DNA of 64,000 nucleotides, from assembly GCA_964557845.1 (NCBI GenBank), contig CAZLBV010000215.1:3582-67581 (forward strand). Direction: 5' to 3'. The stretch's first letter is position 1. Every line of letters starts with the position of its first letter. Under the pieces are notes generated by a model that did not search any database, was not told where the DNA came from, and saw only the letters and a list, made by a program, of their open reading frames with translations. The DNA comes from an uncultured Eubacteriales bacterium (lineage in GTDB: Bacteria > Acidobacteriota > Aminicenantia > Aminicenantales > Aminicenantaceae). The translations under genes and the position numbers were made by a program. Of this stretch, positions 56,134 to 64,000 are shown piece after piece.

Positions 56134-57366
56134 ATGGCAAGAATAAAATCATCTAAATCAGACCGAAAAAAGGCAGAGGCAGCGGCTCGTAAACCTTCAG
56201 AGATAGGTGAGGATATAGATCTTGATCAATATTCAGATTCATCAGAAGAACTGAGTTATCAGGCAGATCTGACAACCTTGCCGGATAAAGATAAAGAGCG
56301 AATGTTAAAGGCTGGTATCAGTCTTGATGATGCCAGTCAAAGATCCGGAACCTTCATTCAGATGGATAATACTCCAATCCATGCAGCTATGACTCAACCC
56401 GGTGTTGAAATCATGGCAACCAGTGAAGCTCTTCAGAAACATGATTGGCTTTCGGATTACTGGTGGAAAGCTGTATCAATAGATAAAGATAAGTATACAG
56501 CTCAGGTGGAGCTTTCCGGAAGCGATGGCTATTTTATAAGGACTTTACCGGGGAGTAAGACCGAATTTCCGGTACAAGCCTGTCTGTATTTGGCCAAAAG
56601 CGGTCAGATCCAGAAAGTTCATAATATTGTTATAGCAGAGGAAAATTCAGAACTGCATATAATTACAGGTTGTACATCAGCCTCAGATAAAGACATGGGC
56701 TTACATCTAGGTGTTTCTGAATTCTATGTGAAAAAAGGAGCCAAGATCAGTTTTACCATGATTCACAGCTGGGCGCCTGAAATAGCAGTACGGCCGCGTA
56801 CAGGAATTATTGTTGAGGAGGAAGGTGTTTTCCTGAGTAATTATGTGATCATGCAGCCGGTTCATTCTGTACAGACTTATCCCAGCGCCATATGTAAAGG
56901 AAAAAATTCGACAGTAAGATTTAACAGCATCTTGATCGCTAGAGAAGGTGCTACTATGGATGTTGGATCCCGCGTTGCACTCGATGGAGAGGGTTCGCGA
57001 ACAGAGATGATATCAAGGGCCATTGCAATGGGAGGGAAAGTTATTGCCAGAGGATATATTGAAGGTAATTCACCTGGGGTTAAAGGACATTTGGAGTGCA
57101 GAGGGTTGATCTTAACCGATGGAGTCATTCATGCAATTCCTGAGCTTAAAGGAAATTTAGCAGGAATTGACCTGTCACATGAGGCTGCAGTGGGTAAGAT
57201 CGCCGAGGAAGAGGTGGAATATTTAATGGCGCGTGGTCTGACCCGGGATGAGGCAACGGCCACTATAGTAAGAGGATTTCTTAGGGTTGATATCGAAGGG
57301 CTTCCTCCAATCTTGGCTGAGGAATTAGAAAAGGCAGTAAAGGCTAGTGATACTGATGCTATGTGA
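56134..57366 (+). CDS. sufB: Fe-S cluster assembly scaffold SufB/SufD-family protein
   Basis: 410 aa with the beta-helix core typical of SufB/D (ELHIITGCTSASDKDMGLHLGVSEFYVKKGAKISFTMIHSW). Its ATG is 1 nt after the sufC stop. This is a minimal SufBC-type system. Confidence 0.8.
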   Translation: MARIKSSKSDRKKAEAAARKPSEIGEDIDLDQYSDSSEELSYQADLTTLPDKDKERMLKAGISLDDASQRSGTFIQMDNTPIHAAMTQPGVEIMATSEALQKHDWLSDYWWKAVSIDKDKYTAQVELSGSDGYFIRTLPGSKTEFPVQACLYLAKSGQIQKVHNIVIAEENSELHIITGCTSASDKDMGLHLGVSEFYVKKGAKISFTMIHSWAPEIAVRPRTGIIVEEEGVFLSNYVIMQPVHSVQTYPSAICKGKNSTVRFNSILIAREGATMDVGSRVALDGEGSRTEMISRAIAMGGKVIARGYIEGNSPGVKGHLECRGLILTDGVIHAIPELKGNLAGIDLSHEAAVGKIAEEEVEYLMARGLTRDEATATIVRGFLRVDIEGLPPILAEELEKAVKASDTDAM

Positions 57367-57457
57367 ATTGAATTCTGATTGGGATTATTGATTTGACCAT
57401 AAAATCTATCTTTTTCAAATTTGGATAAATAAATTTGACCGATAAGGGGGTTTTATT

Positions 57458-58819
57458 ATGACTGAATTGGATATTTTGATTATAGGGGCAGGCAGTGCCG
57501 GAGAACGTGCTGCCAGTTATTCTGCTGGTGATGATAGGAACGTTGGATTAATTGAAAAGGCCAGAGTGGGGGGAGCCTGTGTATTTAATGCCTGTATCCC
57601 AACCAAAGCCCTGGTCCATGCGGCCCGTACTTATAAACAAATGCGCAAGGCCGATTTTTATGGTCTACCCAAATTAAAGGAGAATGCCGAGTACCAGAAG
57701 GTCAAAGAATTTAAGGATAGGATCATTTTAGGAATTTCTGAAGGCAGGGATGAACGCATGTCTAAAAAAGGAGTAAAGGTTATTAAAGGTACTGCCCGTT
57801 TCATTTCTCCTCATGAAGTGATGGTTGATGAAAAAAAATTAAGGGCGCAAAAGATCATAATCGCTACCGGCTCGGAACCTGTGGCTCCTCCAATTAAGGG
57901 TCTTGAGGATGCTGGATATCTTAATAATATCAGTATTATAGAGTTAAACCATGCTCCAAAAAGATTAGCTGTTATCGGAGGAGGTCCGGTGGGGATTGAA
58001 TTTACCCAAATATTTTCAGCTTTTGGTTCCCAGGTCCATATCTATGAGATGGAAGACCGTATTTTGACGACGGAGGATGAGGATATATCGAACAAGCTTT
58101 CAGAGCTTCTCTTAAAAGGTGGAATTTTCATTTCCGCTGGAGTGAAAGTAAGCGAAGTCCGACAGACTCGAACAGGAAAATTGGTGATAAGTGAAGATAA
58201 AAAAGGATTAACCAACTCTGAAGAGTTCGACGATATCCTGGTTGCTGCCGGCAGAAAACCGGTTATGGATGAGCTGGATCTTTCGGCTGCCGGCGTCACT
58301 ACCTATAAAAAAGGGATCAAAGTGGATCCCTCAATGCGCACAAATGTTCCACACATCTGGGCCGTGGGTGATGTTACAGGAGGTTTTTATTTCACCTATA
58401 TTGCCTCGGAACAGGCCAAGATTGCCGCCTTGAATGCAGCCAATAATGAAGAACGAGCTATACATTATGATGTCCTTCCCAGAGCTACATTTTGCGATCC
58501 TGAAATAGCAAGTGTCGGTTTGACAGAGGCTCAGGCTAGAGAAAAAGGCTATCATGTTCAAACCTCCAAATTCAATTATGCCGATATGACCCGGGCTATA
58601 GTCTCCGACACGACTGATGGTTTTATAAAGATCGTGGCTGAAGAAGGATCAGGCCGCATCTTGGGTGGACATATTTTGGGAGCAGAAGCATCGACCCTGA
58701 TTCATGAAATTGCCGCAGCCATAACAGGAAATTTATCGGTTAATGATATAGGAGATCTGCTCCACTCTTATCCCACCTTTTCCGAAGGCATTCGTTATGC
58801 CTGCCAGTTGATTTCGTAA
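57458..58819 (+). CDS. class I pyridine nucleotide-disulfide oxidoreductase (dihydrolipoamide dehydrogenase / mercuric-reductase-like)
   Basis: 453 aa. The FAD site is ILIIGAGSAGERAA. The redox-active disulfide is GGACVFNACIPTK (CxxxxC). An NAD(P) site follows (AVIGGGPVGIEF). The C-terminus carries the His-Glu pair (HSYPTFSEGI) in a dimerisation domain. Confidence 0.8.
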   Translation: MTELDILIIGAGSAGERAASYSAGDDRNVGLIEKARVGGACVFNACIPTKALVHAARTYKQMRKADFYGLPKLKENAEYQKVKEFKDRIILGISEGRDERMSKKGVKVIKGTARFISPHEVMVDEKKLRAQKIIIATGSEPVAPPIKGLEDAGYLNNISIIELNHAPKRLAVIGGGPVGIEFTQIFSAFGSQVHIYEMEDRILTTEDEDISNKLSELLLKGGIFISAGVKVSEVRQTRTGKLVISEDKKGLTNSEEFDDILVAAGRKPVMDELDLSAAGVTTYKKGIKVDPSMRTNVPHIWAVGDVTGGFYFTYIASEQAKIAALNAANNEERAIHYDVLPRATFCDPEIASVGLTEAQAREKGYHVQTSKFNYADMTRAIVSDTTDGFIKIVAEEGSGRILGGHILGAEASTLIHEIAAAITGNLSVNDIGDLLHSYPTFSEGIRYACQLIS

Positions 58820-58866
58820 GAGCTAGTATCTACTGAATTATCTTTATCTTCATTTATGCTGGTTTT

Positions 58867-59877
58867 TTACAGAAAAGCATTGGTTACATCAAATTTCTTA
58901 TCAGTTAAGCTTACATAAATTATTCCACTCAGTTTTGAGATTAACTTCTCGGCATCTTTGCGGTTTTCTAGGCCACTGGTCAGAATGACAAGGACATAGG
59001 GCTTTCGACCCTCAGGAAAAACAATGGCGGCATCATGGTCGATATGGGTAATGGAGCCGGTTTTATTGGCAACCTTGATTCCTTCCGGAAGTCCGGCCGG
59101 TATCTTGGCCTGGAACTTCTGCTGGGCCAGGATCTCGATCATTTCCCGACATGCCTCCGGCGAACCGGCTTTCCCTTCGGCAATGGAAAGCATGACCTGC
59201 ATTGTGCTCAAAGCATCGGTCCTGTTATTAAGACCTTTTTCATAGGCTCTGGTATCCTCGACTCCCCGTAGGACTTTCATGTTGTAGATCCCCATTTCTT
59301 CCATGGTCGTCATAACATTTTTTGCTTCCACAAGTTCGATGAGGATGTTGGTGGCCAGATTGCTGCTCAATGTGATCATGTGTTCTATCAGTTCTCTGAT
59401 AGACAATTTTTCTCCGATGAGTCCATAAATATCTTCATCTGAATCGTCGGCCGCATAGAGTGAATAAAGACTCCCATCTACGATGCTTTTAAATTGATTA
59501 GTAACGGGGATTTTATCATTCAGGCTGAACTTGCCTCTTTCTGCCTGCTGAAATACTTCGATCATAACCGGGACCTTCATCAAACTGGCGGCATGCATCA
59601 TCTCTTCGGCATGGATCAGCAATTCTTCCCCTGTTTCCAGATCTTTCAGCGCCAAACTCACTTCTGCCTCGGATTTTCTGATCATATTTTCTACGTGATT
59701 TTTTAGCTGTTCGGTTTTTCCGTTATGAAACGTCAAGGGATGGTCTATTAGATCTAACTGACTGCCGAACAAAATATCCAAGTCATCAGGATTGATGGAA
59801 CCTGCGGAGAAGATCAAAGTTCCGGTTATCAGAGAGAATAGTACCAATATAGAAAATGAAGCTTTTATTTTCAGCAA
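58867..59877 (-). CDS. class A beta-lactamase-family serine hydrolase, secreted
   Basis: 336 aa with a signal peptide, SxxK (AASLMK), SxN (SSNLATN) and KTG (NKTGS). Confidence 0.7.
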   Translation of the reverse strand: MLKIKASFSILVLFSLITGTLIFSAGSINPDDLDILFGSQLDLIDHPLTFHNGKTEQLKNHVENMIRKSEAEVSLALKDLETGEELLIHAEEMMHAASLMKVPVMIEVFQQAERGKFSLNDKIPVTNQFKSIVDGSLYSLYAADDSDEDIYGLIGEKLSIRELIEHMITLSSNLATNILIELVEAKNVMTTMEEMGIYNMKVLRGVEDTRAYEKGLNNRTDALSTMQVMLSIAEGKAGSPEACREMIEILAQQKFQAKIPAGLPEGIKVANKTGSITHIDHDAAIVFPEGRKPYVLVILTSGLENRKDAEKLISKLSGIIYVSLTDKKFDVTNAFL

Positions 59878-59992
59878 TCTGGTCTCCTTTTAATGATTTA
59901 ATGTGGTTGAAGACATAAAGTGTGCCCTCCTTATTTTCTGGACAATGCGATCAATAGTTCAGAGTGGATAGATTGAATTCTTTATCAAGAAA

Positions 59993-60943
59993 CTATAGTT
60001 TTCTCATATAATATTTATTCCCTTGATAGCTTAGCTCGATCAGTTTTTTTTCTTTGATCAGCCTTTCAACCGTATCCCAATCTTCCTGAGCTTTTTCCAA
60101 AAAGATCTTCATCGCTTCTTGCCTCATGGGATGTACGGATACGATACTTAAAAGATCCTCCTCCACATTTCCAGTGTAGGCAAAAGCGTTTCCCTCATAC
60201 CCAATAAGGTATTCTGTGCCGAGTTCCTGTTCCTTAAAGATCTGGTAGGCAGAATTAATATTATATTCTGTGGCAGGCTTCACCCATTCTTCGGCTGGAG
60301 GCCTGATCGGAATAGATATATAGCTTTTTTTGGGATTAAGGGTTTTTATAAAAGCTGCAGTTCTTTCGATTATTTCAGCTTTATCATTCATATCCTGTAT
60401 AAGCATGGTTTCAGTTACCAGGTCTCCTTTAAAAGATTTGGAAAACTCTCTGGCCCCATCCAAAATTGAATGAAGATCGAGCCCTTTGTGAGGCCGGTTG
60501 ACTGCATGCCACATATCCTCATCAACCGTGTCCATCTTCAAAGATACCCAGTGTGCCATGCTCAAGTCTTTTCGCACATCCTCCCTCCAAATTAAGGAAG
60601 CATTTGATATGACGGCGATCCTTCTGTCTGTTTTTCTAAGCTGTTCAATTTCCTTTCCCAGATTTTCATCCAGCGTTGGTTCTCCGTCAGGAACAAAAGT
60701 GAGGTAATCGATGGGCTCCTGGCTTTCTTGGGCTTTTTGGATCTTTGTTTTGACAGCTTCTACTACCTCATCCGGCTGATAAAAGGTTTGCCGTTTGATC
60801 TGCATATTTAGAGTTCTTCCTAGTTGACAGTATACACACGCGTATGTGCATATTTTAGGAGGAATATTATTTATTCCAATACTCTGTCCCAAACGCCTTG
60901 AGGGGACAGGACCATAAGCTATCATCGTTTTTTCATCAAGCAT
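59993..60943 (-). CDS. radical SAM enzyme, paralog of 28616-29563 (YGPVPSRRLG N-motif, CxxxCxxC, winged-helix-like tail)
   Basis: 316 aa with AYGPVPSRRLGQSIGINNIPPKICTYACVYCQLG. Its C-terminus ends ...LSYQGNKYYMRKL, and the paralog ends ...YKNLKYYEPV. Confidence 0.8.
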   Translation of the reverse strand: MLDEKTMIAYGPVPSRRLGQSIGINNIPPKICTYACVYCQLGRTLNMQIKRQTFYQPDEVVEAVKTKIQKAQESQEPIDYLTFVPDGEPTLDENLGKEIEQLRKTDRRIAVISNASLIWREDVRKDLSMAHWVSLKMDTVDEDMWHAVNRPHKGLDLHSILDGAREFSKSFKGDLVTETMLIQDMNDKAEIIERTAAFIKTLNPKKSYISIPIRPPAEEWVKPATEYNINSAYQIFKEQELGTEYLIGYEGNAFAYTGNVEEDLLSIVSVHPMRQEAMKIFLEKAQEDWDTVERLIKEKKLIELSYQGNKYYMRKL

Positions 60944-60959
60944 TTATTTTTCCTTTTTA

Positions 60960-61619
60960 TTAAATGGGCCATTCTTGTTTATGATAAACCGCCTCCCAAA
61001 ATAAAAATTCATATCTGCTTGCGGCCGTGAATACGTATTTTAATCTACCATATGGGCACTCTTCTCCGGCTTTATTAACCAGAGTTTGTATCTTTTCTAC
61101 CAGATTGAGGTAGGAATCAGTGAGATAGACATTTCCCCAGTCTTGGTATAGTTGAATTTTGTTGGTTCTTAAACTTTCCCGGTGGTGGCCGGCGATCTCA
61201 GCATAAGACCAGAAACAAGGAAGAACTGCAGTCATTGCTTCAGCATATGATTTCAAAGAGCTGGTAGTCAGGAGAAAACTGCTGTAGGAGAGATTTATAG
61301 GAATAGGATCAATTTCTGAGGCATCTGTTAGAGTGTAGCCGAGCCTTTCCACTAGTTTTTCGTATCCGTCGAATTCGCTGGTGGCTTCCAGGTTGAGTAT
61401 GTTAATGATCTCTCTCATGGCTTCAATGGAAGGCGCTTTGGAGGCGATAATTGCGAAATTTTTCATAGCTGCGACAAGATAGTGATAATCTTGCAGGATG
61501 TAAAATTTGAATTTTTCCAGGGGGAGATCCCCTTTGAATAATTCCACCACAAAGGGATGCTCGAATATTTTATTCCAGATAGGAGCTGCATCTTTTCTCA
61601 GCCGGCCAGATAGACTCAT
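60960..61619 (-). CDS. tenA: TenA/Thi-4-family aminopyrimidine aminohydrolase (thiaminase II)
   Basis: 219 aa with N-terminal W...HPFV..L..G.L....F..Y..QDY.YL, which is the TenA signature. A catalytic Cys candidate is present (LPCFWSY). Confidence 0.7.
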   Translation of the reverse strand: MSLSGRLRKDAAPIWNKIFEHPFVVELFKGDLPLEKFKFYILQDYHYLVAAMKNFAIIASKAPSIEAMREIINILNLEATSEFDGYEKLVERLGYTLTDASEIDPIPINLSYSSFLLTTSSLKSYAEAMTAVLPCFWSYAEIAGHHRESLRTNKIQLYQDWGNVYLTDSYLNLVEKIQTLVNKAGEECPYGRLKYVFTAASRYEFLFWEAVYHKQEWPI

Positions 61620-63091
61620 GATTTTCTTCCCTGAACGACTACATAATCACCTTTGTCATAGCCTTCCACTGGTTCTTCCAGTTCATCATTGGTGTATTTG
61701 GGATGTTTTGTCAAGGTCTGTACAAATTTCAGATCCTTGAAACCTGCTTGCTTTAATAAGGAGATTGTTTCTCCAGTGGAAAGCCATCGGGTCCCTCGGA
61801 TAAATTTGACTGGATAAGGATATTTGGGGGAAATTTCCGGGTCATGCCGTCCGCGAAGATAGGCCAGATCATACATCATGGCATAAGAGCCTTCTCTAGT
61901 TAAATAAGAAATGACCACATGCCCTCCAGGTTTGAGAATACGGTAGGCCTCGTAGACCGCCTGCTGCGGATCTTTGGCATAGCTTAAAATAGTGCTCAGC
62001 AGGACCGTATCAAACATCCCGTTAGGAAAGGGTACCTTCTCGGCAGTTCCGATCTTAACTTCGATTCCTCTTTTTCTCGCCAGATCAGCCATTCCTTTGG
62101 CGGGTTCGACTCCATATTTTATTCCCAGTTTTGAAGCAAATAAACCGCTTCCTACCCCGATACTTATAGCCTTTCCGGGATTTTTTAAAAATTGCTTTTC
62201 TGCCAGAAGCTCCGAATCAAAAATAATCCGGTTTTTATCAAACCAGGCATCAAAATCCCCGGCTTCTTCTTCAAAAGCCGATGGCTGGAGAGGTTCAATT
62301 TTATGGTACAGGGGACCGTTTCCTGATCCAAGATTATCGGGAGCATTTTTAATGGCACGGAAAATATAATCTTTGGCAGCTTCGATCGAGTTATGGATAT
62401 TCATCCCCTTGGCTAAGCCAGCGGTTATGGCGGCAGAGTAGGTGCATCCAGTTCCGTGGGTATTAACCGTATCGATTCTTTCAGATCTAAAATAATGATA
62501 AGAGCCCCCATCAAACAGAATGTCAACCGCCTCTTCTTCCTGAAGATGCCCTCCTTTCAGAAGCACATAGCGCGGGCCTTTTTTATGGATGATTTTAGAG
62601 GCTCTCTGGGCATCTTCGATATTCTTGATCGAGATCCCGCTGATTATTTCCGCTTCAAGGACATTAGGAGTGACAAGATAAGCAATCGGCAGTAATTCTT
62701 CGATCAAGGATTTTTCTGCCTCTTTCTGCAGAAGACGGTCGGAGCTTTTGGCCACCATCACCGGATCGACCACCAAAATATTCAGTCCATATTTTTTTAT
62801 TCTGTCTACAATGGTCTCTATTATTTCTTGATTGGAAACCATTCCTGTTTTTATCCCGTTGGGGCTGATATCTTTGATTACAGCATCAATCTGAGCACCG
62901 ACTATTTCTGCAGGGATATCGTGGACAGCGTACACTCCTTTTGTATTTTGGGCGGTTACAGCGGTCAGCACCGACATCCCATAAACACTGAACGCATGAA
63001 ATGTTTTCAGATCAGCTTGTATGCCTGCGCCGCCCCCTGAATCAGAACCTGCAATGGTAAGTGCTTTTCCCTCATAATTCATTTTTCTCAC
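61616..63091 (-). CDS. thiD: fusion protein: hydroxymethylpyrimidine/phosphomethylpyrimidine kinase ThiD (N-terminal ~265 aa) + class I SAM-dependent methyltransferase domain (C-terminal ~220 aa)
   Basis: 491 aa. The ThiD part carries LTIAGSDSGGGAGIQADLKTF, the ribokinase-fold anion hole GTGCTYSAAITAGLAKG and DVDPVMVAKS-like motifs. The C-terminal part has MTase motif I (ISIGVGSGLFASKLG), motif II (VLLST) and a post-II region. The gene overlaps tenA by 4 nt. Confidence 0.8.
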   Translation of the reverse strand: MRKMNYEGKALTIAGSDSGGGAGIQADLKTFHAFSVYGMSVLTAVTAQNTKGVYAVHDIPAEIVGAQIDAVIKDISPNGIKTGMVSNQEIIETIVDRIKKYGLNILVVDPVMVAKSSDRLLQKEAEKSLIEELLPIAYLVTPNVLEAEIISGISIKNIEDAQRASKIIHKKGPRYVLLKGGHLQEEEAVDILFDGGSYHYFRSERIDTVNTHGTGCTYSAAITAGLAKGMNIHNSIEAAKDYIFRAIKNAPDNLGSGNGPLYHKIEPLQPSAFEEEAGDFDAWFDKNRIIFDSELLAEKQFLKNPGKAISIGVGSGLFASKLGIKYGVEPAKGMADLARKRGIEVKIGTAEKVPFPNGMFDTVLLSTILSYAKDPQQAVYEAYRILKPGGHVVISYLTREGSYAMMYDLAYLRGRHDPEISPKYPYPVKFIRGTRWLSTGETISLLKQAGFKDLKFVQTLTKHPKYTNDELEEPVEGYDKGDYVVVQGRKS

Positions 63092-63220
63092 CTTTCATTA
63101 TTGAATTGATCAAATTATGTATTATAAAGGAATAATAATATAATAGTAAATCAAACTTTTGATCAATGCTGAGCCGTTTTTCTCCGGTTGGATGAACTGT
63201 TTTTTTGGAAGGCATTGGCT

Positions 63221-64000
63221 TTATGAGAACCCTAATAACTTTCCAACCTGATAAACAACGAAGGTTATAACACTGGCCATAGATAGGGACACGAGTAAGC
63301 TCATCAGCAGCCATTTAATACTTCTGGTTTCCTTCCAGGTTGCCCATACAGTGACAAGGCATGGCAGATAGAGCATATAGAAGGTTAGAAAAGAAAAAGC
63401 CGTTAGGGGTGTAATGGTTTGCACCAGATAATTCATAATGGTATGGGAATCTGCCAGAGTCGTTTGTAAACCATATGTCATGGCTAGAGATGAGACAACG
63501 ATTTCCTTGGCAGGGAGGGTAAAAATAAGCGCTGTGAGCATTTCCCCGCTGAGGCCGAAGGGCTGCCCAAATGGGTGTAGAAGGCTGACCATATGGCCAA
63601 CTGCGGTTTGCTCAAAAGCAGAATCGGGCGGGAGATTGCCCATAATCCAGATGATGATCATGGCAGGAGCAGCGATCATTACGGCCCTGCCGATAGTGTG
63701 CCCAACCTGGTGGATCAATGAACGCCGGATGACCTGCCCCCATTTGGGTTTCCGGTAAGGGGGAAGTTCCATTACGAATCCGCCCGGTTCCCGTTTAAAA
63801 AAAATTCGGTTTAAGATCAGTGTCGCCAGAAGCATAGCCCCAATACTTATAGCCAGGAAAGTCAATGTAACCGCCAAGGCATGATCTTTGAAGAAAAGGA
63901 TGATAAGAGCCAATCCTGCTCCGAATCTCCCGTTACACAGTATAAGCGGACTTGTGATAACAGCAATGATGCGGTCTTTAGCATTTTCAATAATACGGCA
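63221..64000 (-). CDS. feoB: ferrous iron transporter FeoB, C-terminal membrane-domain fragment (5' part beyond window edge)
   Basis: The reverse-strand frame is open from 64000 to the stop at 63221-63223. It contains the FeoB hallmark MELPPYRKPKW and gate-motif-like membrane helices. Confidence 0.65.
   Translation of the reverse strand, partial: CRIIENAKDRIIAVITSPLILCNGRFGAGLALIILFFKDHALAVTLTFLAISIGAMLLATLILNRIFFKREPGGFVMELPPYRKPKWGQVIRRSLIHQVGHTIGRAVMIAAPAMIIIWIMGNLPPDSAFEQTAVGHMVSLLHPFGQPFGLSGEMLTALIFTLPAKEIVVSSLAMTYGLQTTLADSHTIMNYLVQTITPLTAFSFLTFYMLYLPCLVTVWATWKETRSIKWLLMSLLVSLSMASVITFVVYQVGKLLGFS

Noticed and set aside
1-64000. CRISPR arrays, rRNA or tRNA genes, IS elements, integrases, prophage or plasmid modules
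   Set aside because: There are no direct-repeat/spacer periodicity, no recognisable transposase or integrase ORFs, and no rRNA-like conserved stretches. The window appears to be chromosomal core plus a glycan locus.

Overview
This is a 64-kb window from an AT-rich (roughly 38-40% GC by eye), gene-dense genome. It most likely belongs to an anaerobic, probably diderm bacterium: there is a signal-peptide beta-barrel protein, secreted M16 peptidases, rubredoxin with a flavodiiron protein, a Na+-pumping OadGAB decarboxylase, and minimal SufBC. I see no rRNA or tRNA genes, no CRISPR array, and no IS or prophage. All gene calls rest on motif recognition in the translated ORFs, because I could not run searches.

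Gene blocks, left to right:
- **1-1530:** iron-siderophore/cobalamin-type ABC importer, an ATPase fragment plus a lipoprotein binding protein.
- **1859-5263:** rubredoxin, flavodiiron O2/NO reductase, a PQQ-like beta-propeller dehydrogenase and NikR.
- **6101-9617:** aromatic-amino-acid decarboxylase, an orphan Pol-beta nucleotidyltransferase, and a BirA-like biotin ligase.
- **9813-13018:** oadG, oadA, oadB.
- **13141-13847:** a rubredoxin-FTR-like ferredoxin:disulfide reductase paired with a small CPHC thioredoxin.
- **13897-17181:** 2-oxoacid dehydrogenase E1 alpha, E1 beta and E2.
- **17303-21709:** membrane and glycan genes, including a uridine-kinase-like/HAD fusion, a LicC-like nucleotidyltransferase and a GT2.
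- **21991-26470:** outer-membrane beta-barrel, SGNH hydrolase, and an M16 peptidase pair.
- **26566-38257:** one long minus-strand block, in transcription order from high to low coordinates: Fur, a Gly/Tyr-rich coiled-coil protein, a tandem NifX-like fusion, Mrp/ApbC, a CGGC protein, a Gly-rich zinc-ribbon protein, a Cys/Met gamma-lyase-family PLP enzyme, an MBL-fold protein, two MinD-type ATPases with inserted 2x[4Fe-4S] ferredoxin domains, a DUF4405-like membrane protein, IscU-like, a radical SAM protein, a Cys-rich hypothetical, IlvE and TrmO.
- **38489-43642:** queF, a DMT transporter, a DUF4091-like secreted protein, and a GT-C/TPR glycosyltransferase.
- **44414-48903:** surface-glycan cluster with an FkbM methyltransferase, a second methyltransferase, Wzx, and a decayed DegT-family aminotransferase pseudogene.
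- **49323-53042:** a 1239-aa repeat-containing surface protein.
- **53270-58819:** DUF488, an MbfA-like ferritin-VIT1 fusion, hemerythrin, SufC, SufB/D, and a class-I pyridine-nucleotide disulfide oxidoreductase.
- **58867-64000:** class-A beta-lactamase-like protein, a second radical SAM paralog, TenA, a ThiD-methyltransferase fusion, and a partial FeoB.

The most interesting region is the metallocluster-maturation-like island at 31.3-38.3 kb, together with its small unusual proteins. Next are a GC-rich, stem-closed candidate structured RNA upstream of the IscU-like gene; a DegT pseudogene broken at simple-sequence repeats; and three gene fusions (ThiD-MTase, kinase-HAD, ferritin-VIT1).
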